Source: Bacteroidota bacterium (GTDB lineage: Bacteria > Bacteroidota > Bacteroidia > Chitinophagales > Chitinophagaceae). From it: a DNA stretch of 64,000 nt. A program made the position numbers and the translations under genes. Location of the stretch: positions 139,075-203,074 of the forward strand of contig JBEHXT010000002.1 of assembly GCA_048498555.1 (NCBI GenBank), in the 5' to 3' direction. Positions 58,101 to 64,000 of this stretch are shown in pieces (position 1 is the stretch's first letter; every line of letters starts with the position of its first letter). Below the pieces are notes generated by a model. That model was not told the DNA's origin, did not search any database, and saw only the letters and a program-made list of their open reading frames with translations.

Positions 58101-58901
58101 TGGAAATAGATAACTGCAGAGGCGGACGACAAAAATGATTACCACAAAAAACGCCAGGCCTCCTATAAAGCTTCGCTTGTCTGCAATATCTTTTGCGATT
58201 GCATGTACAAAGACAAATGAAAGTATAATTGCAATTACACGCAATGCTATCGACAAGCCAGTTGGCTGATCGGTATCCACATCCTGGATCTGGTTGATAT
58301 GAAAGAGTATCTGGCCTGCCGAGTTTTTTATAGGCACGCCTGTTCCATCCTTGCTCACTTTATAGTATTCATCCAGCCACGGCAGGCCTTCGAATTTCTT
58401 CTGCAGGTAATTATTTTGGATAAAGTAACTCCAGTGAAAAGGTATAAGGCCGGTAATAATATACGTTGAACCTTTATATTCACGAGTTGTTTTTATAAGC
58501 TCAAAGGTTCCGTTGGGATAATCAACCGCATAAGAACCATCCTCTCTTTGGAGATCCTTAGCGTTAACGGCCATCGCATTTGTATTCCAGTAAACCTGTA
58601 TCGGATTACCCAGATCATTGAGTGCGTAAGCAAAAACACCGATTTTTTTGCTTCCTACGACCACTTTGTTGGCGTTGCTTCCATCTTGCAGCAGGTCCTC
58701 GACAACGGCATCGTTATCCAGTATATCATTGAATTCTTTTTCGTACGCCGTTATTGTGCCCTCGAGCCTTTTCTTTACACTTCCGGGAGACGCATTAAAC
58801 GATATATAATTGGTGAGAACAAATGAAATAGTGTACAGCCAGGCTGCTGTAATAAACAGGTACCCATGTTTCAATATTCCATCCTTAAGTGTCCTGATCA
58901 A
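55128..58901 (-). CDS. Large multi-TM sensor histidine kinase (NtrY-like)
   Basis: Many TM segments, HAMP, H-box EMARQVAHEIKNPLTP, N-box NLIKNA and G-box GTGLGLAI. Confidence 0.93.
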   Translation of the reverse strand: MIRTLKDGILKHGYLFITAAWLYTISFVLTNYISFNASPGSVKKRLEGTITAYEKEFNDILDNDAVVEDLLQDGSNANKVVVGSKKIGVFAYALNDLGNPIQVYWNTNAMAVNAKDLQREDGSYAVDYPNGTFELIKTTREYKGSTYIITGLIPFHWSYFIQNNYLQKKFEGLPWLDEYYKVSKDGTGVPIKNSAGQILFHINQIQDVDTDQPTGLSIALRVIAIILSFVFVHAIAKDIADKRSFIGGLAFFVVIIFVVRLCSYLFPFPFHFRNYSLFFSGIYASNSINKSLGDLLINITLLFWIIAFIKYNNLKLWKTPFSGNKKWTHVLSITCLCLLPVTTYEFVELIRTLVVDSTISFDVTNFFSLNIYTVISFLVLCLIILCYYNLSHLLLLPAIRMKYSLFVRLCVITVFGLLYIMMNIHAGSIDLKIITLLWLAVFLMLMEVRSNDYTIRIIRSSFFLFWVIFFSASITLLVITQNSQVEMKKRRATAERLALQTDPQGENLFSFATTDFSKAFDSSDFSSLNNEAVNRRFKDSLLKENFSGYLSKYDTRIYTFDSSANPLYNDDSVSYYALSSILHNRGKETRIPDLYYYENMAEKFTYIYEHEIKNRFDTSIGYLFIVARPKLYRSESLFPELFRQENNISTEIASGYSYALYSKQKLIANYNDYSLSDTLTKKQLPSLEFELRKRGDNSELWYDAGKAKIVVLVKKNNWFAESLTFFAYVFTTFIVAVVLFHFCVIVFRSQFQWKNIRSIFNFNIRTQIQSTIIFISLFSFIVIGIVTISFFISRYDRNNRERLSKNIQVIANEVEKRIKNPLMFEDVVEATDNALNSPNGALEKTVISISEEHNAEVNIYDKSGNLRASTQPMIYSKQIMSNKMQPAAFYNLRYDRRLVYVQDEAIGNFTYLSAYIPIRETNGDVIAYLNIPYLNTESELNQEISNFLVTLISLNAFIFLLAGAIAMLLTNRITASFLFISNRMKEINLRKLNEEIVWNRNDEIGVLVKEYNKMVHKLEESAHALAQSEREDAWREMARQVAHEIKNPLTPMKLSIQYLQKAIDNNAANVKELSKRVADTLIEQIEQLTKIAGDFSQFANIGSNMLVERFDITDVLQSVISLYKTDSRLYILWDREDAEYFINADKVQLNRLFTNLIKNAIEASMENNPVRIMIRQYASDGFAIIAIQDYGVGIPPDMQPKIFVPNFTTKSSGTGLGLAICKAIVEKANGHIWFETQESIGTTFYVSIPLSDELVEV

Positions 58902-59674
58902 GGTGTATTGTTTGTTTTTTTAACCTGGTTCCAGATAGCATCCATTTCTTCCAGGCTCATTTTTCGTAGGTCCTTTCCTTCAGAATCGGCAATCTGCTCC
59001 ATTATTGTAAATCGGGATATAAATTTCTTATTAGTTCTTTCGAGTACAGCCTCTGCATCAACTTGCAAAAACCGTGCATAGTTTATCAAACTAAACAACA
59101 AATCGCCGAACTCTTCTTCAATATTGGCCTGGTTTTGCTCGTTTTCAGCATCTTTTAACTCCTGCATCTCCTCTTCTACCTTTTTCCACACATCCTCCTT
59201 ATTGCTCCACTCAAAGCCAACCTGTTTTGCCTTTTCCTGTATGCGCATTGCTTTTACCACCGCTGGCAGCGAGACCGGCACGCCACTTAACACGCTTTTC
59301 TTGCCTTCTTCTTTTTTCTTAATTGCTTCCCAATTGCGTTTTACATCTTCCTCATCATTCACTTTAACATCCCCGTAAATATGCGGATGGCGTATTATTA
59401 GCTTGTTACAGATGGCATCTATCACTTCTGTAAGCGTAAATTCCTGCTGCTCAGCCCCTATTTTAGAATAAAAAAGTATGTGCAGCAGAATATCTCCCAG
59501 TTCTTCTTTTATGCCCTGCCAGTTATTGTCTGATATAGAGTCGGCGAGCTCATAGGTTTCTTCAATGGTCATGCTCCTTAAGGAGTGGATGGTTTGCTTT
59601 TTATCCCATGGGCACTTTTCACGCAGTTCATCCATTATCCGGACCAGCCTCAAAAAAGATATATCTACAGACAT
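58898..59674 (-). CDS. mazG: Nucleoside triphosphate pyrophosphohydrolase MazG
   Basis: LREKCPWDKKQT, EETYEL, EELGD, RHPHIYG and EEFGDLLFS. Confidence 0.96.
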   Translation of the reverse strand: MSVDISFLRLVRIMDELREKCPWDKKQTIHSLRSMTIEETYELADSISDNNWQGIKEELGDILLHILFYSKIGAEQQEFTLTEVIDAICNKLIIRHPHIYGDVKVNDEEDVKRNWEAIKKKEEGKKSVLSGVPVSLPAVVKAMRIQEKAKQVGFEWSNKEDVWKKVEEEMQELKDAENEQNQANIEEEFGDLLFSLINYARFLQVDAEAVLERTNKKFISRFTIMEQIADSEGKDLRKMSLEEMDAIWNQVKKTNNTP

Positions 59675-59685
59675 AACATTAAATT

Positions 59686-60795
59686 TTAAATTGACAATAC
59701 AGAGTTCACAACAAGAACGACGGCAAGTACAACAAATACAACAAAAACCATCATATTAAACAATACGAATTTCATCACAGTCTTGCCACGTCCCTGCTGA
59801 TAAAAATTTCGCATGGCCTTATAGAGATAATAGAACATCCCTATGATGGTGAAACCCGATAGCCAGTTAAACAGCGACCAGCTTGAAACATCTTTTAACC
59901 ATCCAAAAAGGTAAGTAACCAGTATTAAAATAAAGATTGCGATGTAAACATGAATGATAAATATGCCATGGCTTACATAAAAAAAATCCTTTCGTCTTAT
60001 ATACAATAGCTGTAACAACAGCGCCACCAATGGTAACGAAATAAACATCACTTTGGGAACAGAATGAATCATATTTTCTTTAAGCTTGTCCATAAATTCG
60101 TCGCCGTTGTATGCAACCTTTTTATTAATCTCCATCCCGCGTTTGGCAACCTGCCGCATAAACCACCCATCGCGTTCCTCTGCGGGAAGTTGTTTCTGTA
60201 TCGAATCATATTCTTTCATATTCCTGTAATCCCTGTCATTAACCGTAAATGCAGCATCCGTATTTTTAGATCTCGCAAAGCCGGTTGTATCTATGCCATC
60301 ATAAGTTTTTATTTGTTCAATTTCCCGCATTTTGATAATACCTCTATTCACGCGATCCAGCTTTCGCAATATTTTCTCGTGCCTGGCGCTGTCTGTCTCT
60401 GCTTTTAGCTCAGCCAGCAAACTGTCTTTTTCCTGAACATATTCAGCCTTCATCTCCTGTGGATCTTGCACTTCGTGATGGCCGGCGTTGAGAAACACGA
60501 TCAGGAAAAAAACAAACGAGGTAAACACATACATGCGGATCGGGTGGAGATACGACGCCCTCCGGCCCTTCAGATATTCTGAAGAAAGGAAACCCGGCTT
60601 TAAAATGAGGTATTTAAGCGAACTGAAAAATTTACCATCAAAGTGCGTAACATCATTAAAAAAATGGGTAATCAAATGCCAGGCTGATTCTTTAGGTTCA
60701 ATGTTTTCCTGTCCGCAGACGTGACAATATTTTCCAACAACCTCCGTATTGCAGTTTAAACAGATCTTTTCTTTACGCTCTTTAAAATGGCTCAT
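59686..60795 (-). CDS. DUF3667 membrane protein
   Basis: CLNC...YCHVCGQEN and GRRASYLHPIRMY motifs; TM segments. Confidence 0.9.
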   Translation of the reverse strand: MSHFKERKEKICLNCNTEVVGKYCHVCGQENIEPKESAWHLITHFFNDVTHFDGKFFSSLKYLILKPGFLSSEYLKGRRASYLHPIRMYVFTSFVFFLIVFLNAGHHEVQDPQEMKAEYVQEKDSLLAELKAETDSARHEKILRKLDRVNRGIIKMREIEQIKTYDGIDTTGFARSKNTDAAFTVNDRDYRNMKEYDSIQKQLPAEERDGWFMRQVAKRGMEINKKVAYNGDEFMDKLKENMIHSVPKVMFISLPLVALLLQLLYIRRKDFFYVSHGIFIIHVYIAIFILILVTYLFGWLKDVSSWSLFNWLSGFTIIGMFYYLYKAMRNFYQQGRGKTVMKFVLFNMMVFVVFVVLAVVLVVNSVLSI

Positions 60796-60910
60796 TCGTG
60801 TTAAAATTTAACTAAAAGTAATTAACAACTTTAAACACACAATATTCTTCAATCTTTTACATTTTTTCTTGGAGGCAAGCAAGTATTTTTGAAGTTAAAT
60901 CGTTTTTTTA

Positions 60911-61735
60911 ATGAAGTGGTTATTGTTAGTTAGTTTATTAGTTACGGGAAGCACAGGTTTTGGCCAGTATTATTACTATGATGTAATTGCAGCCAGGCAA
61001 ACAGAAATTCAAAATGAGTTATTAAAAACAAACAAAATAAAAAAGATTTCCGCCCTTAGTTACGAAAGTGATAACTCGGTGAACGAAACTTTTAAGGTAG
61101 AGCAATCAATTACACAGGATGGCGATGTGATCACTACAAATAGCACAGACGGCGCCGGCGTTAATACTTATTCTGAAAGCAACTTTATTAACAGCCGGGT
61201 TGTAAAGAATATTGACAGCAGCCGCAACATAAAAACAACTTCTGTTTACCGATATGATAGCAGGGGAAAGCTGTTATCCATTACATCTGAATCTAAAGAT
61301 GCCTTTATGGGCGGCCAATCACAGGAACAACATTTGTGGACGTATAATGCCGACAAGCCCCAGCAGATGTTGCGTATTAAAGACAAAAAAGATACAACTG
61401 TAATTTCCTTTGTATATGATGACCAGGGCAATGTAGCTGAAGAACTTTGGAAAAAGAAAAACATGCAACTGGAACATTGGTATTACTACTACGATGCAAA
61501 CCACAGGCTCACGGATATTGTGCGTTACAATACGAAAGCAAAAAGAATGCTGCCGGATTATTTGTTTGGATATGATGAAAAAGGAAAGCTTATTAAAATG
61601 ACCCAGATTCCGGCAGGCAGCAGCAATTACCTTGTGTGGTCCTATCAATTTGATGATAAAGGTTTAAAAACCGCGGAAGTCTGCACCAATAAACAAAATC
61701 AGCCAGTGGGTAAAATTGTTTACCGTTATCAATAA
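60911..61735 (+). CDS. Secreted hypothetical protein with YD-like repeats
   Basis: Signal peptide; recurring YxYD.xGxL units. Confidence 0.65.
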   Translation: MKWLLLVSLLVTGSTGFGQYYYYDVIAARQTEIQNELLKTNKIKKISALSYESDNSVNETFKVEQSITQDGDVITTNSTDGAGVNTYSESNFINSRVVKNIDSSRNIKTTSVYRYDSRGKLLSITSESKDAFMGGQSQEQHLWTYNADKPQQMLRIKDKKDTTVISFVYDDQGNVAEELWKKKNMQLEHWYYYYDANHRLTDIVRYNTKAKRMLPDYLFGYDEKGKLIKMTQIPAGSSNYLVWSYQFDDKGLKTAEVCTNKQNQPVGKIVYRYQ

Positions 61736-61782
61736 ATTACTCCTTATCTGAACAATACAGGCGAGCAATTGTAAAAATAACT

Positions 61783-62655
61783 GTGCAGCAAATTTTCAAT
61801 AATATAATAGAGCAGCTAACCACAAAATGTGGCATTGCTATAACATCTTTTGACACAAGTAGAATATATGGCGGCGACATCAATGAAACATACCATTTAA
61901 CTACAAACGCTGGAGACTTTTTTGTTAAGCTGAATGATTCTGTTCATGGTGATATGTTTGAAAAGGAACTGAATGGCCTACAACTATTGAAGAAAGCATC
62001 GCATAACTTATTTCCTGAAGCCTATCTGTCAGGTTATACATCAGAGAAGATTTTTCTTGTTCTTGAATTTTTACAAAAAGGAAAAATAACGCCTGTAAGC
62101 TGGATGGATTTTGCAGAACAGCTTGCAGGCATGCATACACAAACGCATGCCGGGTATGGCCTGGCATTTGACAACTACATTGGAAGCCTGCCGCAATACA
62201 ACGCACCTGAAACTACATGGCATGAGTTTTATGCCCATCGCCGTATTTTATGCCTGGTAAGTATGGCGATCGATCAGGCGATACTTGATGATAAAGATGG
62301 AACGCTTGCGGAGAAATTATGCGCACGCTTACCAGACATCTTTCCTGAAGAAAAACCTGCATTATTGCATGGAGATTTGTGGGCTGGCAATTTTATGATA
62401 ACAAGTACTGGACAAATCAAAATATTTGATCCCGCTGTGTATTACGGCCACAGGGAAATGGACATTGCCATGACAATGTTGTTTGGAGGATTCGATCGAT
62501 CATTCTACAATCACTACAATGATTTTTATCCGCTGGAGAAAAACTGGCAGCAAAGAGTAGATCTCTGCCAGCTATATCCATTGCTCGTTCATTCCATCTT
62601 GTTTGGCGGGCATTATGTTAGTGCGGTAAAATCAATCATCCGCAAATATGCTTGA
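61783..62655 (+). CDS. Fructosamine kinase family protein
   Basis: GGDINE, FFVKLN, LLHGDLWAGN, FDPAVYYGHREMDIAM. Confidence 0.93.
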   Translation: MQQIFNNIIEQLTTKCGIAITSFDTSRIYGGDINETYHLTTNAGDFFVKLNDSVHGDMFEKELNGLQLLKKASHNLFPEAYLSGYTSEKIFLVLEFLQKGKITPVSWMDFAEQLAGMHTQTHAGYGLAFDNYIGSLPQYNAPETTWHEFYAHRRILCLVSMAIDQAILDDKDGTLAEKLCARLPDIFPEEKPALLHGDLWAGNFMITSTGQIKIFDPAVYYGHREMDIAMTMLFGGFDRSFYNHYNDFYPLEKNWQQRVDLCQLYPLLVHSILFGGHYVSAVKSIIRKYA

Positions 62656-62824
62656 CGTCATTAAAACGACTATTCAGAAACTAATTCCATCACAACTATT
62701 AAATGATTTTTATCAAGTGCTGCGCATTGATGTTCCGCGTACCTATTATATTTAAAATTATATAGGCAGGATATTTTAGATGGAGTAAATCTGTTGTATC
62801 TTATTTACCTATTCCGCCGGAACT

Positions 62825-63646
62825 ATGCAAATCAAAATCCTGAGTCCATTGTGGGGATATGAACATCTGGACCTTAAACTGTTTATTGAGAAAATAAAGC
62901 ATGCAGGCTATGATGGAATCGAAACGTCTATTCCTGAAGACCCTTTAAAAAAACAAGCGCTACTCAACTTAATTAGCAAGCACCATCTTTTATTGATAAG
63001 CCATCAGCATCAGGCCCACGGAAAGCATTTCGGTGAGTTCAGAGATTCTTTCATTCACTATTTAAACATGAGTAAAGAAGGTGATCCTGTAATGATCAAC
63101 TCGCACACAGGCCGTGATTATTTCACATTCGAAGAAAACCTGGAATTGATAGACATTGCCTCTGAGTTTTCCTACAAGCATAATATCAACATTGCACATG
63201 AAACGCATAGGGGCCGTTTTGCTTATGGCCCATCAGCTACTGAAAAATATTTTAAAGCGAGGAGTGATTTTTTTATTACCGCAGATTTATCTCATTGGGT
63301 TTGTGTAACAGAAAGCTATCTCGAAAATTTCTCACAGATAATTATGGAAACCATTGAACGAACGCGGCATATTCATGCAAGAGTTGGATATGAAGAAGGC
63401 CCGCAGGTGCCCGATCCAAGAGCGTTGGAATGGTCTGGTGCACTCGGCCGTTTTCTCAATTGGTGGGACCTTATTATCGAAAGCCAAAAACAAAAAGAAG
63501 CTTCAATGTTTACTATTACCACAGAGTTTGGGCCACCGCCATACATGCCTGTTTTGCCATTCAGCAATAAGCCCGTGGCTGATCAATTTGAAATCAACTG
63601 TTACATGAAAGAATTACTCACCAACAGGTATTTGTTAGAGCAATAA
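62825..63646 (+). CDS. Sugar phosphate isomerase/epimerase (xylose-isomerase-like TIM barrel)
   Basis: NSHTGRD, HETHRGR, TADLSHW and HIHARVG. Confidence 0.85.
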   Translation: MQIKILSPLWGYEHLDLKLFIEKIKHAGYDGIETSIPEDPLKKQALLNLISKHHLLLISHQHQAHGKHFGEFRDSFIHYLNMSKEGDPVMINSHTGRDYFTFEENLELIDIASEFSYKHNINIAHETHRGRFAYGPSATEKYFKARSDFFITADLSHWVCVTESYLENFSQIIMETIERTRHIHARVGYEEGPQVPDPRALEWSGALGRFLNWWDLIIESQKQKEASMFTITTEFGPPPYMPVLPFSNKPVADQFEINCYMKELLTNRYLLEQ

Positions 63647-63674
63647 ATGAGGTGCTTTGTGGGATGAATGCTAA

Positions 63675-64000
63675 TTAATACAATCTTTTATTTTCCCGTG
63701 CCTTCCATTCAACAAACATCTTTTTTGAACTGGATGCGCCTAAAGGGATCATCGGAATTTTGCGGGCGCCTGTTTCTTTAGCAATCTCATCGTAAATAAA
63801 CGAATCATCAAATCCTGCATCAGCCGCATCCCGGCGGGAGCACGCATAATAAATTTTTTGAGGCCGTGCCCAGTAAATGGCGCCAAGGCACATCGGGCAA
63901 GGTTCGCAGGAAGTGTAAAGCTCGCATCCCTCTAACTGAAAATCGTTTAATGTGCGGCACGCATCGCGGATAGCCACTATTTCAGCATGTGAAGTAGGAT
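63675..64000 (-). CDS. Nucleoside/guanine deaminase (5' end outside the window)
   Basis: DPTSHAEIVAIRDAC and EPCPMC zinc-binding motifs. Confidence 0.9.
   Translation of the reverse strand, partial: PTSHAEIVAIRDACRTLNDFQLEGCELYTSCEPCPMCLGAIYWARPQKIYYACSRRDAADAGFDDSFIYDEIAKETGARKIPMIPLGASSSKKMFVEWKARENKRLY

Overview
The left ~41 kb (1 to ~41.1 kb) is a temperate siphovirus-like prophage in a Bacteroidota genome, most likely Chitinophagaceae. That assignment is inferred from host gene content, TAnnTTTG promoters and the tmRNA tag GNTQYAMAA. The prophage sits at the 3' end of the tmRNA (ssrA) gene; its other end is outside the window. Reading from right to left it carries: a large serine recombinase whose ORF runs antisense into tmRNA; an accessory/immunity region; a cI/cro-like switch with two operators; a ~0.9 kb ORF-poor, hairpin-dense stretch with two tRNA-shaped elements that lack normal anticodon loops; a recombination module; replication genes; several DNA-modification genes; terminase, portal and a MuF protein fused to a zincin domain; an antisense DUF262+HEPN cassette; head and tail genes; and a >999-aa beta-helix/PKD protein that the ORF track missed because it runs off the left edge. 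The right ~23 kb is ordinary host chromosome (MutS-V, rseP, dxr, an M16 peptidase pair, GH3, rplU-rpmA, a histone-like protein, PolX-PHP, a sensor kinase, mazG and others), with degenerate 7/8-mer intergenic arrays. All product calls come from motif recognition by eye; no database searches were run.
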